Origin: a virus
Taxonomy: Duplodnaviria; Caudoviricetes
Strand: one strand, 5' to 3'
DNA: 53,095 nucleotides
Virus record (IMG/VR): IMGVR_UViG_3300027608_000043
Location: 1 to 53,095 of that record
The translations under genes and the position numbers were made by a program. Under the pieces are notes generated by a model that was not told the DNA's origin, searched no databases, and worked only from the letters and a program-made list of their open reading frames with translations. Below, piece by piece: positions 1-9,389 of this stretch (its first letter is position 1; the number at the start of each line of letters is the position of its first letter).

Positions 1-87
1 ACCAACTGTCTGTGTTGTTACACGTACAGTATCAAATAAAGGACGATCAATAAACAGTGGTTGTTTATTTGTGGAAGTAGATGACAA
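1..87 (-). CDS. 5' part of a putative virion protein running off the window (MSSTSTNKQPLFIDRPLFDTVRVTTQTVG...)
   Basis: Translated by hand: TTG start at 87 preceded by AAGGAA, open to position 1, continues the - strand late operon. Confidence 0.6.
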   Translation of the reverse strand, partial: MSSTSTNKQPLFIDRPLFDTVRVTTQTVG

Positions 88-127
88 GTTCCTTACCTTA
101 ATTCTTCGTATTTAAATTCTAGCTTAT

Positions 128-850
128 TCAACTGTAATATGGTCTAGTTTGACTCAAAAGTTGAGCAAATAAATTGGTTTTATCTTCTTCTGGTTGAAAC
201 AGACTAGTTAAAAGTTCTTCTTGTATTCCTTGTTTCATAATGTTTTCTAATGTCATTTCTCCAAATAAATTACCTGTTCCGATTTGTTGTGCTATTGTGT
301 CCGTTGAATTTACAGGAGATGCACTAGCACGTTGCTGAGGGGCGGTTTCTTCCCACCACTTTTTTGTTGCTGGGCGTTTTTTCTCATTGAAAAAAGTATT
401 TTCGCCTCGAAAAGGAGTTGCTTTTGTAAGTTGTAATTCTGCAGGTGTTAAATATTTTTCAACACCACCTACCATTACAGGGATTAAATTATCTGGATAA
501 GACGTTAGTTTACCAATCTTTTGTAAATATTCTGTAGCACGGAAATCGGTTACTCCTTTTAATTGCCTGGCAGTATCAGTAAGCTCTTTTCTCCCCTTAT
601 CTGAACCGTAATAAGCTAAAGCTTTAGATGGGTCAATTTTATTAAATCCAGGAAGCTTCATTGCTGCATATTGGTCTGGATTCAACCAACTTACATTACT
701 ACCATAATCAGGATTGTGGTATCTATTTATTATGGAAGCGAGTGTGCCTCGACGCGCCCCACGAATAGGATCTCCTGCTTCTGGAATTGCTACCTGTAAT
801 ATTTTTTTAAAGATAGGAGTTGGAACACCGAAATAATTTTGTTCTGCCAT
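128..850 (-). CDS. Putative SleB/Hydrolase_2-like cell-wall hydrolase, virion associated
   Basis: PEAG...GTLASIINR...PDQY...GVTDF resembles the SleB pattern EA.GE...VA.VI.NR...QF...GA.xF. Confidence 0.5.
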   Translation of the reverse strand: MAEQNYFGVPTPIFKKILQVAIPEAGDPIRGARRGTLASIINRYHNPDYGSNVSWLNPDQYAAMKLPGFNKIDPSKALAYYGSDKGRKELTDTARQLKGVTDFRATEYLQKIGKLTSYPDNLIPVMVGGVEKYLTPAELQLTKATPFRGENTFFNEKKRPATKKWWEETAPQQRASASPVNSTDTIAQQIGTGNLFGEMTLENIMKQGIQEELLTSLFQPEEDKTNLFAQLLSQTRPYYS

Positions 851-863
851 AATTACTCCTTAT

Positions 864-2099
864 TTAATACTGATTATAAAACATTTGATTTACCATATCT
901 ATTTGTTCTTCCGTTAGTTCTGTTGGACCCACACTTGTTGGAAGCGTTGCTTGTGGATACACCCGTTGCATTACATCGTAACCAGCTTGACCGGGGCGGA
1001 CTTTTTTAGCTAACTCTGGATTTGCTAAAGCAAACATTTGCATCCCAAGATCTTCTGCTGCTCTTGGATCGGGTTTACGTAAAGCATTGTATTGATTCAA
1101 TAAAGGATTTTGTGCTGTTTGCTGTGCAACACTAGATAATTCAGATAGATAAGAACGTCTTTCGGCTTCTGTATTACGAGGAGAAACATTTCCAAATCCT
1201 CCCGTATCTACATTATTGCCTATTTGCATAAGTCCTGAGTCAACAGGTGGTGCATCAAATTGTTTTGTAAAAATAGTTTTTTGTTGATCACCAGGGATAT
1301 AACGTCCTGTATCTAATATTCCTTCTTTTGTTGTTTGTGTATTTACCTTATTCTGCATATCTTCTTTTGATCTATAGCCAAGTTGTCTCCAATTATCAAA
1401 TCCTTGTGGAGATGACCCTTCTAATCCAGCTACAGCTAATGCAACACCAGCGGGGGATGCTGGTATCAACAGATTACGTGCAAACCCAGGTAAAGAACCG
1501 ATTACAGGAATATTTTTAGCAATATTAGAAGATTGAAACAATGGACTAGCTGCTTTATTTAAATTTTGAATTAAGCCACCAACACTTCCAATAGGATTAA
1601 ATGCTTGTTTTGGAAGAAGAGATTCGGCAACACCTTGCATGCCTCCTCCTGCTCTTTGCATTAACTCCCTAGTTAAACCATAATCTCGAGTAAAAGGATC
1701 AAAAGTCCGTGCTGCTTCGGGTAAACGCGTCGTTACTTGTCGTGCTAAACTTTGCCCTATATTTGGTGCCCGTAATAAACCTTCAGCGTTTTGTGTAACA
1801 GTTCTAGCAAGCTGTGGTACATTCAGTGCTTGAATCGCCCTATTTGCTCCTGCAGCCTGAACAGCTCGTTGAGCACCTGAAGTTCCAGCAAGATCATTAA
1901 GTAAACCCGTTATACGAGTGGGAATATTACCAAAATTAGATCCTGCAAACTGAGGCGGAAGATTACGACCTAATAATTTTTCAGCGTCTACTGCTAATCT
2001 TCGATATGTTAATGGGTCAGTAATAGTGTCTACTAAAACTCGAGGAGCTGCTTTAGCACCATATCCTTTTATTGCGTTTAAAAATTGAAGTGGATTCAT
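864..2099 (-). CDS. Putative internal virion protein
   Basis: 411-aa Ala/Gly/Gln-rich ORF in the structural operon. Confidence 0.55.
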   Translation of the reverse strand: MNPLQFLNAIKGYGAKAAPRVLVDTITDPLTYRRLAVDAEKLLGRNLPPQFAGSNFGNIPTRITGLLNDLAGTSGAQRAVQAAGANRAIQALNVPQLARTVTQNAEGLLRAPNIGQSLARQVTTRLPEAARTFDPFTRDYGLTRELMQRAGGGMQGVAESLLPKQAFNPIGSVGGLIQNLNKAASPLFQSSNIAKNIPVIGSLPGFARNLLIPASPAGVALAVAGLEGSSPQGFDNWRQLGYRSKEDMQNKVNTQTTKEGILDTGRYIPGDQQKTIFTKQFDAPPVDSGLMQIGNNVDTGGFGNVSPRNTEAERRSYLSELSSVAQQTAQNPLLNQYNALRKPDPRAAEDLGMQMFALANPELAKKVRPGQAGYDVMQRVYPQATLPTSVGPTELTEEQIDMVNQMFYNQY

Positions 2100-2103
2100 G
2101 ATA

Positions 2104-2565
2104 CTACCTGTGGTTTACGTGAAGATAAAGATTACTACCTACGGCAGTATCAGCGGGCCCAGGTAATGCTTGAATGTATTCAGCACCTGAACGTTCATAA
2201 CGATAACGTGCTTGGAATGGATCTTTATAATTTGGTACATAAAGAATCATTGCTAGCCGATTTGTTTCATACAAGTATATTTCATCCCATACTTTAAGGG
2301 CTTCTTTTGCATTAGAAGATCGGATAGTGCGGTCTACGTCTCCAAGAATACTTTCAATCCTTGTGGAAGGAGAACTTGCAACTTCAGTTTTCTTTTCTGC
2401 TGTATCACAACGACCAACCTGAATAGTAATCTTATTGTAAAAATAAGAATCAGGTATAGTATTCATTGCTTCTTCCAGACGAGCGTAGTCTCCTGCTGGA
2501 ATAGAAACAGTAAAATATCCTAGATGGTACCTTACTCTACTTTTGTCAAAATCAGATAGCTGCAC
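2104..2565 (-). CDS. Putative head completion/adaptor protein
   Basis: 153 aa downstream of the capsid genes, with an N-terminal 'DKSRVRYHLGY' of the type seen in adaptors; function inferred from position. Confidence 0.45.
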   Translation of the reverse strand: MQLSDFDKSRVRYHLGYFTVSIPAGDYARLEEAMNTIPDSYFYNKITIQVGRCDTAEKKTEVASSPSTRIESILGDVDRTIRSSNAKEALKVWDEIYLYETNRLAMILYVPNYKDPFQARYRYERSGAEYIQALPGPADTAVGSNLYLHVNHR

Positions 2566-2610
2566 TTCTTGTTACCATCATTCTTTTATTATAGGTGTAA
2601 TAAATCAATC

Positions 2611-3342
2611 TTATGCTTCATACGGATTTTGCATCATATAACTCATTAGAAAATCAGTAGTCGGATCACTTTTTGGTTTTAATAAAGAACCCATTAAATC
2701 TCCATATAAACCCATTGAGCTGCTTCTATCTCTTCTGGCTTGACCAAATAATTTACTCATAAAACCTAACGTTGCTAAAGCACCTAACCCTTGTCCTGCT
2801 TGTTGTCCCTGGTTATAAATAGCAAAATCAGATGCTGGTAATGCAGGTGCAGTTGGCTTTGAATTTAAATTAGATGGGTATACCTGTGCTTCTGGCCCCA
2901 GCTTACTCATATGTCCAAAACCTAATTCATATTTATTATCTGCTGTTTTAAACGTCATAAGATTACCGTAACCACCTGCTGATGGTACAGGTAAAGCTTT
3001 ACCATAACCTTGTAAATAAACTGGTGTTCCAGCTGTGCCACCAAAATCGATGCCTTTATGATCAGTCGATGCTCCTGCCGTTGGTGCTGTCCTTCGGCCA
3101 AACGGTGAGGTAACTACTAATCCTGTATCAGGATTCCACTCAAAACCACCTGTAGAGGTACGTCTAACCAAAGGAGTTCTTTTCTCTCCTATCTGAATCC
3201 CGGTTAAAGCGCTTTTAATTGTCGATGGATCAATATAAGAACCTGTCCTTAAATCCTTGACATATTTATGAATATGAGGACCAGTAGCTGTACCAGTACT
3301 GCCAATATTTCCTACAAAGAACCTACCACCTGAGTTTGCCAT
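2611..3342 (-). CDS. M23 family metallopeptidase, circularly permuted
   Basis: HKGID (HxxxD), GTPVY, GYGN, FGHM, plus GSTGxxTGPHIH (HxH), which lies at the N-terminus. Confidence 0.8.
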   Translation of the reverse strand: MANSGGRFFVGNIGSTGTATGPHIHKYVKDLRTGSYIDPSTIKSALTGIQIGEKRTPLVRRTSTGGFEWNPDTGLVVTSPFGRRTAPTAGASTDHKGIDFGGTAGTPVYLQGYGKALPVPSAGGYGNLMTFKTADNKYELGFGHMSKLGPEAQVYPSNLNSKPTAPALPASDFAIYNQGQQAGQGLGALATLGFMSKLFGQARRDRSSSMGLYGDLMGSLLKPKSDPTTDFLMSYMMQNPYEA

Positions 3343-3364
3343 TTTACTACTTTATTTCAATTCT

Positions 3365-3395
3365 AAAATGAAGAAGCCCCACCGAAGCAGGGCTT
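3365..3395 (-). terminator. Intrinsic terminator/stabilising hairpin at the end of the capsid transcript
   Basis: Minus strand AAGCCCUGC-UUCG-GUGGGGCUU (cUUCGg tetraloop) followed by CUUCAUUUU. Confidence 0.7.
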
Positions 3396-3398
3396 ATA

Positions 3399-3809
3399 TC
3401 ACACGCGTACCAGGTTAGCAGCAAATACAGAGTCCCAATCAACACGTTTGATCTGTTTTAACTGATCTAGATTGCTGAACTTTTCACCAGAAAGACTCAT
3501 CTGTATGTCTTTAATCTCACGTGCTGTCTTGAGACCAATCCCTTTAATATGGTCAGCAATCATTTGAGCGGTTGCTGAATTAATATTCAAGCGATGATCT
3601 GGGGGAAAAGCACGGGGCGCTTCCTTTGCTGCTTTATCTTTTACCTGTAGAGTCTTAACCGTTTTAGTGGCTGACTCATCCGGTTTGATCTCAGTCTTGT
3701 ATACGGTATAAAGGCGACCGTCCTGATCTTCGACCATGAACCATTCGCCGTTATCCCATTCACTAATAACTTTGACCCGAGCGCCGGTTTTGGTGTGTTG
3801 ATAAAGCAT
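3399..3809 (-). CDS. Helix-hairpin-helix (ComEA-like) DNA-binding protein
   Basis: RLNINSATAQMIADHIKGIGLKTAREI...FSNLDQLKQIKRV matches the ComEA HhH pattern. Confidence 0.75.
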   Translation of the reverse strand: MLYQHTKTGARVKVISEWDNGEWFMVEDQDGRLYTVYKTEIKPDESATKTVKTLQVKDKAAKEAPRAFPPDHRLNINSATAQMIADHIKGIGLKTAREIKDIQMSLSGEKFSNLDQLKQIKRVDWDSVFAANLVRV

Positions 3810-3843
3810 GGGTACCAGGTGTTCTGGTATTAGTTTACCCTAA

Positions 3844-4677
3844 TTAAGTCGAACTGACGGTCCGATTATTAAGATAAGCTTCCAAATCACTGTAATCAGG
3901 GGCGTTATCAGGAACCAGGTAGCAAACTTCTACAAACAGGTAACCGGTTAAACCAGCATTTTTGTCTGCTTGTGAGATGTAGACACCGCCTGAAACAGCA
4001 GTGGCATCACCAGAAGCTTTGGCGTATACCTTAAAGGTTGTAGCAGAAGTGATCTGTTTGTATACAGCACCACTGTTTACAAAACCTGAACCAGTTGTAA
4101 CTTGTAGGCCAGAGGCAGGTCCAATAAATACAGGAACTGAACCAAAGGCTTGATTACCACCTGCAAAATAAACAGTACCTGCACCTTCACCTGAAACAGT
4201 AGAAGATAATACAGCAGCAGCAACTGATTCACCAGAAGCAGCAACTGGACCAGAACTGTCACGACCAAAGGCAATTACGTTACCTGTTGCGGCGTAAACA
4301 CCAGAAGCAACACGATTGTCTCCCCAGCCAGAACCAACGGAGATTGCAGCGCGGTAAACATAGCCTGCTTGGGTGGAGTTACCACTGATTACCATTCCGG
4401 TAATATCAGTACGAGTATCATCTTGCCTGTAAGGAGATGGGATGATAACACTCATGGTTTGACCATAAGTAGCAGAATCACCAGACACCCAGGTTACAGG
4501 AACATAACCACGTTGCTGAAAGTAACGATAGCCAGGAATAGCTAGAACAGATGTAGGACCAGCCTTAGACACATCTGCACTTCCACCAGCGCCAGTGGAA
4601 TCAAAGTTTTTGTACCAGCCATTAAGAGCTTCTACCCAGTTACCAGGGTAGATCTTTTTGGAAGTCAAATAAGTCAT
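3844..4677 (-). CDS. Putative capsid decoration/minor structural protein
   Basis: Gly/Ser/Ala/Thr-rich, predicted beta-rich, directly downstream of the MCP, with a strong AAGGAG SD. Confidence 0.55.
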   Translation of the reverse strand: MTYLTSKKIYPGNWVEALNGWYKNFDSTGAGGSADVSKAGPTSVLAIPGYRYFQQRGYVPVTWVSGDSATYGQTMSVIIPSPYRQDDTRTDITGMVISGNSTQAGYVYRAAISVGSGWGDNRVASGVYAATGNVIAFGRDSSGPVAASGESVAAAVLSSTVSGEGAGTVYFAGGNQAFGSVPVFIGPASGLQVTTGSGFVNSGAVYKQITSATTFKVYAKASGDATAVSGGVYISQADKNAGLTGYLFVEVCYLVPDNAPDYSDLEAYLNNRTVSST

Positions 4678-4707
4678 TTATTTCTCCTTGTTGTTTTATT
4701 TATTGTA

Positions 4708-5874
4708 TCAAAGAACGCCGTCATCGCTGACGAAGCTGTAAGCAGTGGTAACAAAGTCCTTGTTCAGGATTTCAAAACCAGCATACAGTTGCCAGATGAG
4801 AATGATAAAGCGGCTGAAGTCATCATTGTTGTTAATGAGAACTTGAGCATTAGGACCGCCTACACCAACGCCTACTGCTTGAGGACCAAAGAAGAAACCT
4901 TGGGCTACTTCCTGGGAAGTATAAGCAGGAGCGTCAGTAAAGCTAGCTGTAATATTCTTGGTTGGGAAGTTGGTAGATTCATAGAATTTAACACCTTCAA
5001 ACTGAACGCCAGTAGGCATTACAGGTTCACCGGCCAGGAAGTAACCTTGACCCGCTTGAGGACCTTGGTAGAAGCTAGCGTTATTAGGCATCATGGGATT
5101 GCCAGACATATACATGCCTTGGCCAGGATTACCTGAATAACGTGCGATTTCACGGAAGTCAGCATCACGACGCAAGTGCATCATGAAAGTAGGATCGCAA
5201 ATACAACGATACAAACCATCAGAGAAGGTAGGTACGTTGCGCTTACGGAGATCCTTAACTACATTCAAAAGGTCGGTAGATACGTGGAACTGTTGTGAGT
5301 TAGCTGTGTACTGAGCAGTGGTGTAAGAAATACGGCCACTGGAATCCTTAGCAGCGCCAGTTGGGAAATAGTAACCACCTTGTGATGTTGATGCTTCACC
5401 ATTAGCTTCTGCTTTGGCTAGTTCATCAATAAACACACGATCACGCCAACGGCGATAATCATCAAGAAGTGTAAGGGAGCCAATAGACTGGTGGAACATA
5501 TTCAGATTACCTGTGTCCAGCAACATGCGCTGAGCAGTAATCAGAGTTTCACGAGCAATCTTAAAGGTACTGGGCTGAGTAGGATCAGAAGGATCCGCAG
5601 GGCCAGTGTATTCCTTAAGCACCACAAGGACTTTCTCCTTAGTGATGTTACGGCTGTTAGCAGTACCAATGGTTTGATCGGAGATACGTTCGCGGCTATC
5701 CTTAGTACCAGGAGTGCCCCAGAATTTGTAGCGGTCAAGTTGAACGGTTTGGCCAGGCTGACGAGTAAAGTCATGAACCACTACTGGTTCTACGGCCATC
5801 TCGCAGATGTAAGCAGGGTGAGGACGGTAAAGTTCTGCACCTAAGATTTTTGGAAAATCGGTATCAATAAACAC
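4708..5874 (-). CDS. Major capsid protein
   Basis: 388 aa; HK97-type features (PGQTVQLDRY, 'NDDFSRFIILIWQLYAGFEIL'); strong AGGAGG SD; position after portal and scaffold. Confidence 0.8.
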   Translation of the reverse strand: MFIDTDFPKILGAELYRPHPAYICEMAVEPVVVHDFTRQPGQTVQLDRYKFWGTPGTKDSRERISDQTIGTANSRNITKEKVLVVLKEYTGPADPSDPTQPSTFKIARETLITAQRMLLDTGNLNMFHQSIGSLTLLDDYRRWRDRVFIDELAKAEANGEASTSQGGYYFPTGAAKDSSGRISYTTAQYTANSQQFHVSTDLLNVVKDLRKRNVPTFSDGLYRCICDPTFMMHLRRDADFREIARYSGNPGQGMYMSGNPMMPNNASFYQGPQAGQGYFLAGEPVMPTGVQFEGVKFYESTNFPTKNITASFTDAPAYTSQEVAQGFFFGPQAVGVGVGGPNAQVLINNNDDFSRFIILIWQLYAGFEILNKDFVTTAYSFVSDDGVL

Positions 5875-5969
5875 TTTAGTTTATCCTCCTATATTGCAGG
5901 ATGTATGGTGAAAAGATTCAGACGTACAACTGTCTTTATCTATGAAAATTTTAGCAGGTATTAATTTAA

Positions 5970-6569
5970 CTATCGTTGATAGTTACTAATACCCGCAGTG
6001 CCTGTTGTTTGTTTGTACCGGGCACCTGGTGAATTACTAGATCCGTAAGATTCAGGATCAATACGTTGATCTGTAAATCCTGGTACACCCATAGAACCAG
6101 GGATGGCTCCAAGGGCAACACCTCCGAGGCCAGCTACTCCTGCAGAAACGGGCGCCGAAATAGCTCCCAAGCCACGCTTTATATTGAATAGGGTAGCCTC
6201 GGGCGAATATACGCTGTCCCCTAATGCATTAGTCAGCGCGTTGATTCCGCGAGTAGCTCCACGCATCGCCCCCATTCGCTGACTGGACGGATCTGCTTTT
6301 ACCTTTTCGGGAATCTTGGCACCAAGGGATTGTAAAGCACTGCCACCAGTTTGGCTAATTTGATTTGCCAAACCTTGAACAGAATCTGCATAGCGTCCAG
6401 CAAGTCGAGGTGCAACTGAACGTGCGCCAAGTAGTCCAGCGGCTCCGCCAAGAGTACCTGTGATTCCAGCTAAAGCAGCAGATCCTGGATCTTCACCTTG
6501 TGCATAGGCATAACCGCCGGCAGCTAAACCAGCGGCTGCAGGAATTCCATACTTAAGAAGTGGACGCAT
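5970..6569 (-). CDS. Gly/Ala-rich hypothetical protein with hydrophobic segments
   Basis: 199-aa ORF with GAGG SD between scaffold and MCP. Confidence 0.6.
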   Translation of the reverse strand: MRPLLKYGIPAAAGLAAGGYAYAQGEDPGSAALAGITGTLGGAAGLLGARSVAPRLAGRYADSVQGLANQISQTGGSALQSLGAKIPEKVKADPSSQRMGAMRGATRGINALTNALGDSVYSPEATLFNIKRGLGAISAPVSAGVAGLGGVALGAIPGSMGVPGFTDQRIDPESYGSSNSPGARYKQTTGTAGISNYQR

Positions 6570-6573
6570 GGCC

Positions 6574-7542
6574 TCACTCCATTACAAATAGCTTGTTAGC
6601 TACAGTATTGGGTTGAGCTTGGTTGAGAACACGCCAGGCATTCTGGGGATCTCGTGCCATCATTTCATTGAAGCCACCCCAGAAGTTTTGGGGTTGTTGT
6701 GGGCCAGCAGCCTCAGGAGGCGCAGGGAAATTCCCATACCCAGGTACTACTTGCTCTGTGCGATAGCCACGGGTATTCAAATCTTGCTCACTTTCGTAAA
6801 CAGGATAAGGACCTTCAGGACCGAAGAACTTAAGTGTGTAATCACTCAGTACATCAGGGTTAGTAAGAATTTCGTTATAAGCGAGATTCTCTTGATACTC
6901 ATTTACAGCAAAGTTGGCGTAACCACCTAACAGACCTTTTGCTTTAGAGCCCCATGCAACTGCACTATCCAACATGCTTTCCAGTTGGAGAGCATAGTTA
7001 TTTAGGACGGCTGGTGCTTCTACCCCGAACGCGTCGATCACCTGGCGGCTTTCGTTGCTCAGGCCCAGGTAATCCGCTACGTCCGCCAATGAGGGACTGG
7101 AGGAGGTTTGGGAATAGTTGGTTGAGTATTCCTGGTTGGGATACGAGGTCTGCGTCCCCAAGCTGGGCATAGGTTGGCCGTTGTACGTCTGACCGTAATT
7201 GGCCGGGGCGTATGTTGGCGTCGGAGCCGAGGGTTGACCCTGGAACGGGGATTGGACTGGTGCGCTCAGCAGACCCACCACCTTGTTGAACGCCGATTCC
7301 CATGGGCTGTTCTGGGGTGCCGCCGGTTGGGATTGGGGGGCGTACTGAGTAGGGCTTGATTGGTAGCTGATAGGTGCTTGTGGCACCGCTTGGGGGTAAC
7401 TGGTACCCACCTGGTAATTGATCGGTCCCTGGTAGCTCTGTCCCGGAGCTTGAGGCGCTGGTACTGCCACGTAGCTGCTTGGTGCTACTGCTGTTGGTAC
7501 TTGGCTCATCTGTGGGATCGATTGGACGGTAGCGTCCTGCAT
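6574..7542 (-). CDS. Putative scaffolding protein
   Basis: Pro/Gln-rich N-half and helical C-half; AAGGAG SD upstream of ATG 7542; lies between portal and MCP. Confidence 0.6.
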   Translation of the reverse strand: MQDATVQSIPQMSQVPTAVAPSSYVAVPAPQAPGQSYQGPINYQVGTSYPQAVPQAPISYQSSPTQYAPQSQPAAPQNSPWESAFNKVVGLLSAPVQSPFQGQPSAPTPTYAPANYGQTYNGQPMPSLGTQTSYPNQEYSTNYSQTSSSPSLADVADYLGLSNESRQVIDAFGVEAPAVLNNYALQLESMLDSAVAWGSKAKGLLGGYANFAVNEYQENLAYNEILTNPDVLSDYTLKFFGPEGPYPVYESEQDLNTRGYRTEQVVPGYGNFPAPPEAAGPQQPQNFWGGFNEMMARDPQNAWRVLNQAQPNTVANKLFVME

Positions 7543-9286
7543 AACTCATCTCCTTTTGTAATGCTTCTAAGGTGCGATACAGATAAGGTGTAAGGTCAAG
7601 ACGTGGGTCCGCAGCCATCGGTAAATCTGGTGACTGCGGGTGAGGGGTCTGCATCATGCCCCCCACTAATTTTGCAAAAGCTGAGTAAGCACCTTGCAAT
7701 TCGTTGACCATCCTGAACGGGAACCCCGATAACATCGCGGCCCGCTCCTCATCCGTTTTTGACGGGAAGAGGTACTTCAGTGCTTCAATACTATCAACAC
7801 CTAATTCTTGGAGGTTACGTACCACGATAGAATTATTTAAAATATCTTGTGTAGAGTCTTCGTAAACAGGACCTAACCAACGCCAAAGCATGGTCAGATC
7901 CCCGTCTGGTATTAGGCCAATTACTCCTGTAGGTATATGTTGAGTCTCCACACATGCCTTCATTATTTGTTTAATCTTTTCTTCAAATCCTTTTAAACCT
8001 TCTTCGTATAAATCAATTTCTTCCTTAGATGCGTTCTCTGTTGGCTCAACTGGTTTTTCAATTCCTGTGGCAGCAGCTAAGGTATCACGGAATAAACGCT
8101 CTTCTTGATAAATGATTAACTCTAAACACCTACAAATGCCATATGTATAAATAGCATTTGCTTTTTTCTTAGATGTTGCTGATACACGACCGAATAATGA
8201 CTTATATTCTGTTGCTGTGATACCAGCGGAGATAGAAAGGTCGTCTACACCCCCTAGAGCTGTTCGTATTTCTTCTCGATACTGACGTGCAAAGTTATTT
8301 TGGTCCCCAGTGATAGCATCTGGGACAATATAGCCAACACGGTCGTTAGGTTCCAGGTTGGCAATCACCCTAGGTACCCTAATTTGCCCATCCATACCCC
8401 TAGAGAGTGGATCAGACTTAAATCTTGATTGACTCAAGGCTCCTAATCCAGTAAAACCGGAGTTTGCTGCAATAGAAGGACGTTGAACTGTAGAATCTGA
8501 CCCAGCTTCCATCAAATCTGTCTTAGGTCTTGATGAGAGAAGGGTTGGATTACCAAAGAACTGTACATTCTTACGCATGGTGCGTACCATTTCGTCATGC
8601 GTGACAATATGATTAGCTAATGCATCAAATTCACCTACTCCTTCGTTAGAAAAACCCTTGGGACTATTGAAAATTTCTACGCAGGGAATGAATCCAAGTG
8701 TATTTTTGAATGTTTGAGTACGCCCTGGGACATTATAACTAGGTAAGTCAAAGGACATCTCTCCTTCACTATGTGTTTCTTCAATTACCTTGTCTTTGAT
8801 TGATAATTTGATGTATCGCTTGGCTCCTTGTGGCCCAGTAATCGCATTACCTGAGATATTAGTGACGTTGATACCATCGCTAAAGCCTGTTCCCTGCCTT
8901 ACTTTATAGCTATAGATAATAATTACTTCTTCTAGCTCACCATTAATGCCGTAGTAAGAACGATATTCATGTTGACGGAAAAAGTAAAGTCGGTAATTAG
9001 ACTCAGTAGGTCTGATATAAAACAAACCTTGTCCATCACACAGGAAATACTCCCAGATTGAATCTAGGCGTGTATCCATCCTGTTGTATTTGAGTACCCT
9101 ATCGACAAAATCTTTGCGTTGATTACCAAAATTATCTTGAGAAGGAAAAAATTCTACCCCTTGGCGGATACCAAAGAGTTTCATTTGGGCTACGTGGGAC
9201 GCAACAATGCCTGTGTCAATATTTGCTCCGCCGTCTTTCTCAAGATAGGAATCAACAATTTCTTTTAGGCGAGAGTTAGCGTCCAC
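6998..9286 (-). CDS. Portal protein with a long low-complexity C-terminal extension
   Basis: 'GFIPCVEIFNSP...GVGEFD' portal-like motif, size, and position between terminase and MCP. Confidence 0.7.
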   Translation of the reverse strand: MDANSRLKEIVDSYLEKDGGANIDTGIVASHVAQMKLFGIRQGVEFFPSQDNFGNQRKDFVDRVLKYNRMDTRLDSIWEYFLCDGQGLFYIRPTESNYRLYFFRQHEYRSYYGINGELEEVIIIYSYKVRQGTGFSDGINVTNISGNAITGPQGAKRYIKLSIKDKVIEETHSEGEMSFDLPSYNVPGRTQTFKNTLGFIPCVEIFNSPKGFSNEGVGEFDALANHIVTHDEMVRTMRKNVQFFGNPTLLSSRPKTDLMEAGSDSTVQRPSIAANSGFTGLGALSQSRFKSDPLSRGMDGQIRVPRVIANLEPNDRVGYIVPDAITGDQNNFARQYREEIRTALGGVDDLSISAGITATEYKSLFGRVSATSKKKANAIYTYGICRCLELIIYQEERLFRDTLAAATGIEKPVEPTENASKEEIDLYEEGLKGFEEKIKQIMKACVETQHIPTGVIGLIPDGDLTMLWRWLGPVYEDSTQDILNNSIVVRNLQELGVDSIEALKYLFPSKTDEERAAMLSGFPFRMVNELQGAYSAFAKLVGGMMQTPHPQSPDLPMAADPRLDLTPYLYRTLEALQKEMSYAGRYRPIDPTDEPSTNSSSTKQLRGSTSASSSGTELPGTDQLPGGYQLPPSGATSTYQLPIKPYSVRPPIPTGGTPEQPMGIGVQQGGGSAERTSPIPVPGSTLGSDANIRPGQLRSDVQRPTYAQLGDADLVSQPGILNQLFPNLLQSLIGGRSGLPGPEQRKPPGDRRVRGRSTSRPK

Positions 9287-9389
9287 AGATTAGTTATTAG
9301 AGTTTGGTTTTGTAAATCTTAGCATCTTTATTAAAGATTTGCTTGCCTAGCGTCGAAGGTATTTAATAATTCTTGAAACGGATTCATTA

